Positions 48,660-60,200 of a stretch of DNA of 64,000 nt are shown piece by piece (position 1 is the stretch's first letter; the number at the start of each line of letters is the position of its first letter). A program made the translations under genes and the position numbers. A model generated the notes under the pieces. That model saw nothing but the letters and a program-made list of their open reading frames with translations. It ran no database searches and had not been told where the DNA came from. The stretch lies in IMG/VR virus record IMGVR_UViG_3300028048_003175, positions 1-64,000 of that record; one strand, written 5' to 3'. The stretch comes from a virus. Taxonomy: Duplodnaviria > Caudoviricetes.

Positions 48660-49973
48660 ATGGCAAAACTTTGTATTTATAACGAAATCGTTGATGAAGA
48701 GACCAAGGTGATGTACCAAGACTGGTGCGGCACTGACGGTGTCTGCTACAAGGACATTCACAGCTTCCTCGAAGCAATGAAGGATGATGACGATGTCATC
48801 GATATCCGCCTGCATTGTCCGGGTGGTGACTGCATTGAGGGCTGGGCTATCTATGATGCGCTCCGCAACTCGGGCAAGACAATCTCGGCAACCATCGAGG
48901 GAGAGTGTTCATCCATGGCCACCATCGTCTTGCTGGCAGCACCGAAGGAGCGTCGCTTCGGCTTCGCCAACTCACGGCTTTGCATCCACAATCCTGCCGT
49001 TGCGTGGCTTGACATCTGCACCATGGAGCGTCTGACCGCTGACGAGCTGGATAACCTGAAGGGCAAGCTGGACGTTCAGAAGCAGGCTCTCATCGAGGAA
49101 CAGACAAAGATTCTGAACCTCTACGTTGAGCGCACGGGAGCAGATCGTGGCGACCTCCAGGCGCTGATGAACGAAGACAAGTATGTCGATATGGATAAGG
49201 CTATCGAGCTTGGCTTCATTTCCTCTACTGTTGCCCCCAACACGGCATCTAAGAAAACCCATCATAAAACCTCAAGTAAAATGAAAGAAACAAAAGTGAA
49301 GGACAATGTCCTGAAGAAGCTGCTTGCATTGGCAGGCTTCGGAAAGATTGAGGACGCCGAGGCGGCTATCCTCTGTCAGAAGATTACCGCAGCTGACGGT
49401 AGTGAGTTCACCGTGGAACGTGAGGATGGCGACCCACAGGTAGGCGACAAGGCCTATCCTAACGGCACCTACACACTGGACGACGGTACAGTGATTGTTG
49501 TGACCGACGAGGTCATCGAGAGCATTACCCCTGCTGGTGGTGGCGAAGATGACGACGACGAGGATCTCAAGGCCCTGCAGGAGCAGGTGAATACGCTGAC
49601 CACACAGGTCGAGACGCTGACTTCTGAGAAGCAGGCTCTCGCCGACGAGAAGGCTACCTTGGAGAGTGAGAAGGCTACGCTGGAGCAGCAGGTCACCGAC
49701 CTCACCAACGAGAAGACCACTCTGGAGGCTGAGAAGCAGACTCTCACCGAGGCTCAGAAGACCGAGGAAGAGACCGCAATCCTTGACATCGTGGCTAAGG
49801 CTGGTGGCAAGAATTGGCTGGAGAATGTATGCAAGATGCAGTCCACTTTCCATCCTGGCAACCGTTCCTTTGTCGAGAAGCAGGGTGGTGGTCACGAGGG
49901 AGAGACCAAGACCCAGAAGATGCTCCGTGAGCAGCGTGAGGCACAGGAGGCTAAACGTAAGGCTCGTAAGTAA
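48660..49973 (+). CDS. ClpP-type prohead protease/scaffold fusion
   Basis: HCPGG, CSSMAT (catalytic Ser), CIHNP, AIELGF; coiled-coil C-terminus. Confidence 0.88.
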   Translation: MAKLCIYNEIVDEETKVMYQDWCGTDGVCYKDIHSFLEAMKDDDDVIDIRLHCPGGDCIEGWAIYDALRNSGKTISATIEGECSSMATIVLLAAPKERRFGFANSRLCIHNPAVAWLDICTMERLTADELDNLKGKLDVQKQALIEEQTKILNLYVERTGADRGDLQALMNEDKYVDMDKAIELGFISSTVAPNTASKKTHHKTSSKMKETKVKDNVLKKLLALAGFGKIEDAEAAILCQKITAADGSEFTVEREDGDPQVGDKAYPNGTYTLDDGTVIVVTDEVIESITPAGGGEDDDDEDLKALQEQVNTLTTQVETLTSEKQALADEKATLESEKATLEQQVTDLTNEKTTLEAEKQTLTEAQKTEEETAILDIVAKAGGKNWLENVCKMQSTFHPGNRSFVEKQGGGHEGETKTQKMLREQREAQEAKRKARK

Positions 49974-50013
49974 CCATTAAAAGAATTAAGAATCATTTTA
50001 AACCAAGCACATT

Positions 50014-51099
50014 ATGATTGATTTTGAACAGTTTACAGTAGACAATGGTGCGATAAGAGACCTCAACGAGCTCTTGTTCACCTCCGTGTTCAACGACCCC
50101 GATCTGGAGCGCGTCATCACTCCGATGACCAATGTTGAGAACGGCAAGAAGCTGGGCTACGTTGACCGCATGGGCGACGTCGGTACTCCTGGCACTGGTT
50201 GTAACCCCACCTACACCGATGTGGAAATCACAGGCTTCGAGAAGACCTGGGACCTCGGTGACTGGGAGATTCCTAAGAGCATCTGCTATAAGGACCTGGA
50301 GGACACTCTGGCCCGCTATGGCATGAAGACTGGCACCGAGCGTGCTGACCTGCAGGACACCCCGTACTGGGACAAGATCCTTATCCCTCTGCTCAAGAGC
50401 GCCATCAACGACATGTTCTGGCGTCTGGTATGGTTCGGCGACAAGAACGCCCAGCATGCTGCTGACGGTGGTGTCATCACCGATGACGTCAACCTCAACC
50501 TCCTCAAGGTCTGCGACGGCCTGTGGAAGCGCCTGCAGGCAATCATCGCCCAGAACCCTGGTCAGCAGGTTACCATCGCTGCCAACAGCGAGGACACCTA
50601 CGCTGGTCAGAAGACTGCCATCCGCACGTCGGGTGTTGCCACTGGCATCGTCGACGAGCTGCTCACCGAGGCAGACGGTCGTATCTTCGACAAGCCTGAC
50701 CACGCCATCTTCATGACGAACTCTCTCTTCAAGGCCCTGCGCACTGACGTGAAGAACCTTCACAACATTCAGATGCCAGTCGAGACCATCATGTCCGGCA
50801 TCCAGCTCTCTGAGTACGACGGCCACAAGGTTATCGTTCTCGACATCTGGGACCGCATGATCAAGAAGTACGAGACCATCGTCACGGGTACTGGCAACGC
50901 TGCCAAGACAACCCTGAACTGCCCTCACCGTGCCATCCTGGCTTCTCCTCAGAACCTGTTCTGTGGTACATCGGACAAGGACCGCATGGCTTCTCTCACC
51001 GTGAAGTTCGACGACCGCAAGCGCGACAACTTCATCTATGCAGCTTCCAACATCGGTACTCTCGTAGGAGAGGACGAGTTGGTACAGGTAGCACTCTAA
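50014..51099 (+). CDS. Major capsid protein
   Basis: 361 aa, directly after the protease; strongly biased codons. Confidence 0.75.
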   Translation: MIDFEQFTVDNGAIRDLNELLFTSVFNDPDLERVITPMTNVENGKKLGYVDRMGDVGTPGTGCNPTYTDVEITGFEKTWDLGDWEIPKSICYKDLEDTLARYGMKTGTERADLQDTPYWDKILIPLLKSAINDMFWRLVWFGDKNAQHAADGGVITDDVNLNLLKVCDGLWKRLQAIIAQNPGQQVTIAANSEDTYAGQKTAIRTSGVATGIVDELLTEADGRIFDKPDHAIFMTNSLFKALRTDVKNLHNIQMPVETIMSGIQLSEYDGHKVIVLDIWDRMIKKYETIVTGTGNAAKTTLNCPHRAILASPQNLFCGTSDKDRMASLTVKFDDRKRDNFIYAASNIGTLVGEDELVQVAL

Positions 51100-51118
51100 C
51101 CCTAAAAAGTAAGATACT

Positions 51119-51718
51119 ATGCCTGCAGAAATATGTGATTTTAAACTGGCGAAGGACATTGCGGGCTCTTGCGAGAGCCCACAAGTCGCCGGTCTCAAGA
51201 ATACCGGTTATCTCATCAACTTTGATGATATCGACTGGGATGCCCTTACAAAGGACCAGACTAATGCCAAGATTGTGGCTTCCCTTAACTTGCTGAGCGG
51301 CAAGCGTGCCTATAAGGTCATCGTGCCTGGCAACACTCCGTTCACTGGTACCAACGCCGCCCTTGCTGCCGGAACCTATCGCAACAAGTTTACGAAGACC
51401 GCCAACATCGTGGTTCTTGACAGTGGTCCTGATGTGTCTAAGAACGTTATCGACCAGCTTGCCAACGGCCGTTTCGTGTTCATCTTCGAGAATAAGTACG
51501 CTGGTGCTGACAAGAAGAACACCTTCGAGATTTACGGTCTGGAAACAGGTCTCGTCGCTACCGAAATGACCAATGAGAAGTACTCTGAGGAAACTGACGG
51601 TGGCTGGGCTGTCACTCTGGTCGAGACAGGCGCACCTTCCAGCGGACTGTTCTTCTTCAACGAGAGCATCACCGCGACACGTGCCGCCCTTACCTCCCTC
51701 TCAACTGGCAACAGCTAA
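51119..51718 (+). CDS. Putative major tail protein
   Basis: 199 aa, beta-rich, after the capsid gene. Confidence 0.55.
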   Translation: MPAEICDFKLAKDIAGSCESPQVAGLKNTGYLINFDDIDWDALTKDQTNAKIVASLNLLSGKRAYKVIVPGNTPFTGTNAALAAGTYRNKFTKTANIVVLDSGPDVSKNVIDQLANGRFVFIFENKYAGADKKNTFEIYGLETGLVATEMTNEKYSEETDGGWAVTLVETGAPSSGLFFFNESITATRAALTSLSTGNS

Positions 51719-51728
51719 TTAGTTAGTC

Positions 51729-52511
51729 ATGGCAAGTTACGAGGAAACTCTGGAGAAACTTGAGGAAATGAGAAGTCGGTTTGACACTGGCTTCTCATCT
51801 TCCGACAAGGAGATTATAGAATACCTGTATCTCCGCATTTGCGGAAAGAGGGTTCGTAACACAGGTTGTAAGGATTGCTGGCGCGATGCTTACATCGAGA
51901 CAAGAACGAAATTAAAAACCAAAAAAGTTATGAAAAGTACAAATTACACTTTGAAGGCTGGTGCTATTATCCACCCTCAAGGAACGAGCAAGTTCTATTC
52001 GCTCAACAACATTCCTGATGACGTTGCCGAGAATTGGCTGGGTCAGTTCCCCAAGGACATCATCAAGTTCGAGACATTCCCCACAGACTGGGAGTCACGC
52101 GTTGCCGCCCGTAAGGAAGGTCGTGTTGCCGAGCCCACAGTCGAGGAGCTGAAGGCTGAGGTGGAGCGCCTCACCGAGGTCGTAGAGCAGAAGGAGGTCG
52201 AGATCGAGACCCTGAAGACCGAGGCAGGTGACAAGTCTGCTGAGGAAGTGGAAGCCTTGAAGGCTGAGGTTGCCGCCAAGGAGGCTGAGCTGGCTGCTGC
52301 CAAGGAAGCTTCGGAGAAGGCTGCTGCAGAGCTGCAGATTGCCAAGGAGGCTACCGAGAAAGCTAAGGCAGAAGCTGAGACAGAGGTTGCAGACCTCAAC
52401 AAGACCAACGAGGAGCTGAAGGCTGAGGTGGAGAAGCTAAAGGCTGAGAACGAAGCCCTTCAGAAGAAGGTCGCTACTAAGCCTGCCCCCGCCGCCAAGA
52501 CCGATAAGTAA
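51729..52511 (+). CDS. Hypothetical protein with CxxC and coiled coil
   Basis: GCKDC; E/A/K-rich C-terminus. Confidence 0.6.
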   Translation: MASYEETLEKLEEMRSRFDTGFSSSDKEIIEYLYLRICGKRVRNTGCKDCWRDAYIETRTKLKTKKVMKSTNYTLKAGAIIHPQGTSKFYSLNNIPDDVAENWLGQFPKDIIKFETFPTDWESRVAARKEGRVAEPTVEELKAEVERLTEVVEQKEVEIETLKTEAGDKSAEEVEALKAEVAAKEAELAAAKEASEKAAAELQIAKEATEKAKAEAETEVADLNKTNEELKAEVEKLKAENEALQKKVATKPAPAAKTDK

Positions 52512-52532
52512 ATAATTTAGCCCATTGCCATC

Positions 52533-53699
52533 ATGAACATCAACAACATCAAGCGCTCAAAGAAACGTATTGAGACTGCGTATCTGAGTAACCTCGGAAT
52601 ACAGACATTCGGTAGGGACAACCTCTATCCGCAGCGAATGTATGACCTTATCAGAAGCAGCTCAAATGGCGGAACATGCTGTGAGCGCTATCAGACGTTC
52701 ATTGAAGGCAATGGGCTGAATAATACTGATTTTGCCGAATACGAGTGCAACAGGTCGGGGCAGACTGTCGATGATATCTACCGCCTATTGGCACAGGATA
52801 TGGCACTGCATCATGGCTTTGCGCTGCACGTGAACTATAATATGATGTGTGAGATAGTTGAGCTTAACCATATTCCGTTCATGCAGTGTCGCCTCGAAGA
52901 AGAGACTCCAGACGGCAAGGTCGTACATATTAAGATTCATCCAGATTGGACGGGTCACAAGACACGTAAAGGAAAGACTATCAGAGTCAATAACGAGAAT
53001 ATCAAGAGCATCTACACCTTCAACCCACGCAAGGAGGTTGTGATGTCGCAGATTATCGCATCTGGTGGCATTGAAAGTTATCGCGGACAGATACTATGGT
53101 TCTCCATGGACGGAAAGTGGGATTACCCTGTATCTGTCTACGATAAGGTGCTGACGAGTCTTTCCACTGATGAAGGACTTGCCAATGTGATGTATCGCAA
53201 CGTCCGCAACAATTTCCTTGTAGCCGGTATGCTCATCCACAAGAAAGGTGCTGCCCTCGGTATTGACGAGAACGGCAATCCTATCAAGGGTGACAGCAAG
53301 GACATGGATATTACGGAAAGCCTCAACATCTTCCAAGGTGATGAGAATGCTTGTGCTATCATGGACGTTACGCTGGAGCAGGATGATGACAAGCCGGAGT
53401 TCGTGAAGTTCGAAGCACAGAACTTTGACAAGAAATATGAGATTACAGAGGATAGTGTGACGAGCCGTATTTATTCTGCCTTCGGACAAGAGCCGTGGTT
53501 CCGCATCCGCAATGGTTCACTGGGTTTCAGCAGCGAGGTCCTATCAGAAGCCTACGAATACTACAACTCATATGTCAGCAAGGAGCGCCGCGCCATTAGC
53601 CGTGCCCTAAAGCGCATCTTTGATAACTGGTATGAGGACGCCAATCCTTCTGGCGACTACGAAGTTCAGCCACTTGTATATGTCAAAAACAAAGAGTAA
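52533..53699 (+). CDS. Portal protein
   Basis: FGRDNLYPQ N-terminus; 388 aa; in the head module. Confidence 0.7.
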   Translation: MNINNIKRSKKRIETAYLSNLGIQTFGRDNLYPQRMYDLIRSSSNGGTCCERYQTFIEGNGLNNTDFAEYECNRSGQTVDDIYRLLAQDMALHHGFALHVNYNMMCEIVELNHIPFMQCRLEEETPDGKVVHIKIHPDWTGHKTRKGKTIRVNNENIKSIYTFNPRKEVVMSQIIASGGIESYRGQILWFSMDGKWDYPVSVYDKVLTSLSTDEGLANVMYRNVRNNFLVAGMLIHKKGAALGIDENGNPIKGDSKDMDITESLNIFQGDENACAIMDVTLEQDDDKPEFVKFEAQNFDKKYEITEDSVTSRIYSAFGQEPWFRIRNGSLGFSSEVLSEAYEYYNSYVSKERRAISRALKRIFDNWYEDANPSGDYEVQPLVYVKNKE

Positions 53700-54238
53700 T
53701 GACACATCTTATAACAACCAACGAGCTTAGAACGCTCGGGCGACCTATCGGCAAGATCGCCGACGATAAACTTAACGCATTCATCTCCGAGGCCGAGCAG
53801 TTACATATCAAGCCCATCCTCGGAGATGAATTGTTTTTAAAGCTGATAGCTGAGGTCGAGAAAGCCAACAATGAGAATGTCAATGCCGACCTGCAGATGC
53901 TTCTCTCTGGAGGCACCTACTATTCTAATCAAGGAACGGAGAGGGCAAGGACGCACAGCTTCACGGGTCTCAAAACCGCCATCGCGTATTTCGTCTATGC
54001 TCAGAACCTTATGGTTGGAGATATCGAGAGTACACGTTACGGGTCAGTCATCAAGAATAGTGACTATTCCACACACGTGTCCTCAAAGGAGCGCTCTGAT
54101 GCTTACAATAACACGATAGATGTTGCCAACGCATATCTCCAGGAGTGCGTGGACTACTGTAAGGTGAAGGGACTTATCAAGGTCGTCGGGAAGCCTGCGG
54201 CATCCATCGGAGGAATAACCATCAAACGAATCGGATAA
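53699..54238 (+). CDS. Head-tail connector-like protein
   Basis: EAEQLHIKPILGDELF; follows the portal. Confidence 0.55.
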   Translation: MTHLITTNELRTLGRPIGKIADDKLNAFISEAEQLHIKPILGDELFLKLIAEVEKANNENVNADLQMLLSGGTYYSNQGTERARTHSFTGLKTAIAYFVYAQNLMVGDIESTRYGSVIKNSDYSTHVSSKERSDAYNNTIDVANAYLQECVDYCKVKGLIKVVGKPAASIGGITIKRIG

Positions 54239-54250
54239 AATTAACAGCAT

Positions 54251-57200
54251 ATGATAAACGTTCAAGAATTATTAGGCAAAGTCGCCAACAACGGCGCAAC
54301 ATTAGCCGGCATTCTTGCCTACGGTGAGTGGAATACTCTCGTGCAGGCAGTCCGTGAACTTCAAGGTCTTGTCGCTTCTGACGAGAGGTTGAATAACATC
54401 AATACTCAGCTTACCGCCCTTAGCGACCGCATTACAGCGTTGAAGAATGAGAAGGACGGTGAAATAGCCCAGGTGCTCCAGCAGATTAACCAGACGCTGC
54501 AGGCCATTCTTACCGAGCAGGGCGCACGACAGCAGGGCGATGCTGCCTTGCAGACAGCCATCGACAATATGTCGGATGCTTTCAGTGACACCATCGATGC
54601 CCTCAGAGACATCGTTGACGGCAAGGCGACCATTGTGGAGCTGTCGAGCTACATGACCAACAATGCTCAACTGCCAAAGAACGGCCTTTACGTGTGGCAC
54701 GGCAATCCTGTGGACTCGCGTATGTTCACTAAATCAGAAGGTGATACGCTATGGCTTGTCTTCTGTCTGCGTAAGGGTGATGACTCTGACAGTAATTTCG
54801 GTGCTGGCATTCGTGACTGTCTGGTATATTCGACTGACGGTGACTCCGATCCGTTCTACTATGTCGGTCGCTATCTGAATGCCAATATTCCAGCGGACGT
54901 GCAGAAGGCCTTCGGCTATGACGATATGGCGAAGATAGTCACCATTAACTTGTCAGACTACTATCCTTCTCTGGAGGAAAGTCAAAACGGTTACATTGCT
55001 CTTGACGAAGAAGAGCTGGCGGATATCTTTGAAACACCGTCAAAAGCGTATGCGCTCCATGACAGACGGCTTCGCGTCATCACGGATGAGAGTGAGTACT
55101 ACGGATATCCTGCAACCATGCAGTATAGCGGCGGAAACTTTCACCGCTTGACCGTAGATATGGGGACTGAGATTTTGATAATCAGCATACCCGACGAAGG
55201 TGCATCAGCATTAGCATTCTCTGGCAATGGCGCCATGCGCCTTATCAGCCTGACGGAGATTCCTGCTGGTACAGTTACTGAGGATAATCTCGCTGCTGGT
55301 GTGAAGACGAAACTGAACAAGAGAGACGTCATCGATGTGGAATGGTGGTTCGACCCAGTACCACGTCGTATGTATACGCCGACGAAAGCAGGCCTCTATT
55401 GGTATGTGCCGACAGAAAAGCAATTGCTTGTCTCTGTTGAAACAGAGAATAGCGGTGTTTACGAGTTCGTTGAGGTGACACCACAAGGCAATACCATCTA
55501 TATCGATGTCGATGAGAATATTCCGTATATCTGGAAGGATGATGACATGTCATCCATTGCGCCAAAGAAGGCTCCTGCCAGCATCTTCAACGCCACGAAC
55601 GAGGTTCCCATCAGTGGCTACTATGTTCTGTGTGATGACGAGAACGAGTCCACCAGTGCCGTCCATGCCGCATGGAACGCGGAGAAGGCGGTGAGCGGTC
55701 TTATTATCTCCTTCGAGATAGGTGCAGGTATCTGGAAGACCTACCAGTATGTCGGCAGAACCGTGACGGAGGTGAACTGGATGAACTCGGATAACTGGAA
55801 GGACTTCGGCTCCCTCGCTGCTGGCAGTGAATCGTACATCGTGATAGACGGACTCATCGGTGCGCCAGTGGCTGGAGAGTTCTATACCTTAGAGACTGCA
55901 GTCGCTCGCCTGGTAGCCTATCAGCAGGAAACAGGTGTCACTTATGCCAAGAAAGGACTTGTCATCAGTTATCGCACGGCTGAGAACGTGATGGAGACCA
56001 AACAGTTCCAAGGTGAGATAAGTGGCTTTGGCGAAGTCGGACTTTGGAAAGATTTTGGCGGTGGCTCGGAGGTCGAGACGTCAGATGAGCCGGAAGAGGG
56101 TGGCACAGACGCACTGTCAACTGGTGGCGCATACACTCATACCCCTGCTGGTATCAGCGTCGATACAGAAACAGAGGGAGTCGTGAAGCTGAAACTCGTC
56201 AATGCAGGAGGCGAAGATGTAGGTGATGAGATACAGTTCCCCGTCGGCTCCGGCAGCGGTGGTGGTAGTGGTACGACCATTGCCGTGGCTTTCAGAGACA
56301 ATCCGTTCTACGGAAAGGCTGGAGGTTCATTCCTCGTGAAAGCAGCTATCATGTCTGTAACGAAGGCAGGTAGCCAGGAAACATCTAACACTATCACCAG
56401 TGTCGTATTCGTCAATCGCACCACAAAGAACACGGTTGCCAGCTTCAATCCTCGTAAGGCTTCGAGTGCTACGATGTCCGACTATTCCTTCGAGTTTGAC
56501 CTGAGCAATCTTGGACAGAGTGCCGGAGAAATACCTCTGCAGGCAATCATCACTGATGATGGTGGCAACACAGCAACTAAGAATCTTAGCATGGTCGCTA
56601 TTGATGTGACGTGTGTTAGCGTTCAGACGCTCAACTACACGCGAGAGACATCATTACAGGTTGGTGGTCCGAGAACGTCCATCCCTATGTACCGTTTCCC
56701 GAACAATGCTTCCGATCGAGGCATACGCACCAAGATTGAGATATATAAGAACAATGCGTGGGAAACACTGCAGGAGATAGTCATTACAGATACCTATCCT
56801 CACAATGTCAGCATCGACCCGACAGGCATGGGGCATGGCGCATATCCTATCCGCATACAGGGTACCGATGTTGCAAGTGGCACAAGGGGTAATATCCTGC
56901 ATACCGCAGTCATGGTGATTGAGCAGCGTGAGGACGTTGCGGACTACGACAAGCCTATTGTTGTCGCTCGTTGGAGTGATGACACAGACGGAGAGGTGAA
57001 GCTGTTTGAGACGCTGCAGATAGACATTGCCTGCTATCAGCGCAGCACCAACCCGACTACCGTGCAGGTGAAGATAACTGACGAGACAACAGGAGTCAGC
57101 GAGACCATTTCCGAAAGTGCAATGTATCGCAACAAATACTACACTATCGAGAAGCGTATCGTTGGCTACAACAACGGTGACACGCTGGTATTCGATGCTG

Positions 57201-60200
57201 TGTGTGGATTGGTTTCGCTGCCAGAGACAAGAGAAGTGCATGTGAACGGTTCCTTGCTCGACATCGCAGAGACCGAGGGAGCACTCTACAAAATCAGTCT
57301 TGCAGGGCGCAGCAATACCGACACCGATAAGACGATCAAGACAACGGCAACTGACGGGACAGAATTGGAACTGGAGGTAATCGGTTCCAACTATTCAACC
57401 AACGGCTTTGTACCTGACACGTTTGGAACAGAGAAGAGCGGTGGTCGCATGTCGTTGCGTGTGGCAGAGAATGTGAAAGCCGTATTTAACGACCAGCCAT
57501 TCAAGAGTACGTCAATTCCTACAAATGGTTTGGCTCTCTCTATGACCTTCAAGGTTAAGAATATTGCAGACCGCAAGGCTCGCATCATCCGTTGTATGGG
57601 TGAGCGTCTCGGCTTCGTGCTGACGGGAGAGAAATTCTATGTCACGACGAACGGAGATACTGACGAGGCATTGGCTTCTGTATTCACTACCGCTGCCACA
57701 TCGTATCTTGATGACGTGGTATATCGCTTTGACATCGTGATAGAGCCGCAGTCAAGAGCACCATACAGTGGTGTCATGCTCTGCAAGGTGTTCCAGAATG
57801 GTGACATGGCTGCTTGTGTTCCTATCGATACGACCAGTGCTTTCCCGAACTTCGACGACTTCATTCACTTTGACGGTACTGATGCAGACCTGTATCTGTA
57901 CGAGATTGTCCGTTGGAACACTTACTACGACTTCATTCAAGCGTTCAACAACTATATCGTGAACCTCACGGACACGCAGGCTATGCTTAAAGAGTATGAG
58001 CAGAACCGCGTTATGATAGACGTAACGGCTGAGGGTACCACAAAACCGCGTCCAGATATGCAGCGACTGATTGACCGTGGCGTGATGGTTTGTGTCGAGA
58101 CAAGAACTTCAGACGCTAACTTGAGCAAAGATGGCTCTGCAGTAAGCGATAGCGAGATATATTATCCAGACTATATCGAGAATATCAAGGATAAAAAGAC
58201 TACCGTCATAATGGACTGGTATCTGTACTTCCCCGACCGTCCTTGGGCAGACTGCAAGATAGAGGCTATTCCTGTGACCAACCAAGGAACTTCGACCCTT
58301 GCTTATGCCATCAAGAACAAGAAGGGCAAGGCGAAGAAAGCCAAGCGTATTGTCATGTTGCACACACGCGAAGAGGTGAGCCGCATGTACAATGGTGATG
58401 AGAACATTCTTGCGAAGTATGACGATGCAGTACGACTGGCTTCAAAGAAGAAGATTCGTATCAAGGACGGCAGCACCCCTATCAACACCATTACTATCAA
58501 GGTGGACTATTCTGACAGTGCAGGTGCCAACAACTGTGCGCTGATGGAGCAAATGAACGATGTACAGATTGCTTTGGGCAGGAACTACATGACACCTGCA
58601 CAGATATTCAACACTGACAGTAGCGAGGAGCTGCACACCTCAATTGATGGTATTACCTGCGCATTGTTCCGTACTGACTACCGTATCGGTCAAGACAAAG
58701 GCTCTGAGGCAGCAACACTTCCTGAGAACGCTTATTTCCACAGCAAGGCTAACTTCAATGCCGACAAGGGCAATCCCCATTTTTTCGGCTTTGAGGATGT
58801 GCCCGGCTACAACAAAGGCTGTGTGAACTATGGCGATTTCAAAGAGATTGTTACACCGCGAGGAACCAACATCGATGATTACAAGGCTACGGTGCTGGCT
58901 GGTTCCGCAACACTTATTCCTGGCACTCTTTACATGATAAGTGAGTTCTGTGGTCCAGAAACGCGCTTCATAGAGAATGACGGAACAGGTGCCATGACAG
59001 AGACCGATGCCGTAGCAGAGTTCGAGGAGGTTGATAAGACAGGCGCTGAGATTGCTGCAGACGATGTAAGCGGTTACGACTGGGCAACAGTCTATCGCAG
59101 CACCGATAATAAGTACTACAAGTACGCAGGTGGTGTATGGCGCGATACTACGGGCAGCATGACATACGACAGCAGCACCGGGAAGTGGGTGATTGTCGGA
59201 AGGGTGCTTAACCCAGTTGAGTGCTACGAGTACCGACAGTACCAGGAGTTCTGTTGGCAGCAGGGCGTGAACAGCGTTGATGATATGCTTGAAACGCTGC
59301 ATACCGATGATGGCGATGTGCCTATCTGGTCAACATATTACGAGAGCCGTTATCCGGATGATGATGACTTGAACGACTTGTATGCACAGGGCAAGAAAGT
59401 ACCTTACCAGTTGTTCCGTGAGCTGTTGTTCTGTCAGCAGTGTAATCAGAACCTCACCGACAATCAAGAGGAGAATGCCGCACTGAACCCCGATGGCAGC
59501 GAGAAAATCTTCAACGGTGCTGGTGCCAGTACTACGATAACCCTTGATGGAAACACTGTAGCAGGAACTAAGGCTAACCGTCTGTTGAAGTGGCAGCACG
59601 AAATGCACAAGTATTACAATCCGTATTCCACAAACTGCTACATCGTAGGATCCGACTACAAGGCAACTGTTGACCAGCGAGCCAAGAATATGATGAAAGC
59701 AGTCTATAAGGAGACTGATGGCAGCATGCGTTTTTACTTCAACCACTGGTATGACGGTGATAGCGTTGACGAAGCAGACAATGACTGTTACCTGACCATT
59801 CCTTGGGACATGGACGCACGTTCAAGCCATCTCTATCAAGGGTGGGACGGTGTGATGTTCCAGCAGACTTATGCGCTCTTTGAGCAGGGGAAGGGTGTCT
59901 GGATTGACAATGCCGGCACGCAGCTCACTCTCCATGATACGGCAGCAGCTATGCGAAATACAAAGACCAATGCAGGACTGGAGATTTTCAGTGCTGACGG
60001 TTGCTATCGCTACTGGATGACATACCGCATCTTGAAGTGGCCAAAGGTGGTGAGCAGTTTTGATGGAGAGCGTAAGTATATCGAAACAGCTACTGCAGCA
60101 GACAATCACTATCCGGCATTGCACGGATTGCGTCTTGAGAGTCTGCCAGCTTTCCAACGCAAGCGTTTCGCATATCGTGACGGTTACTTCCAGACAGGTG

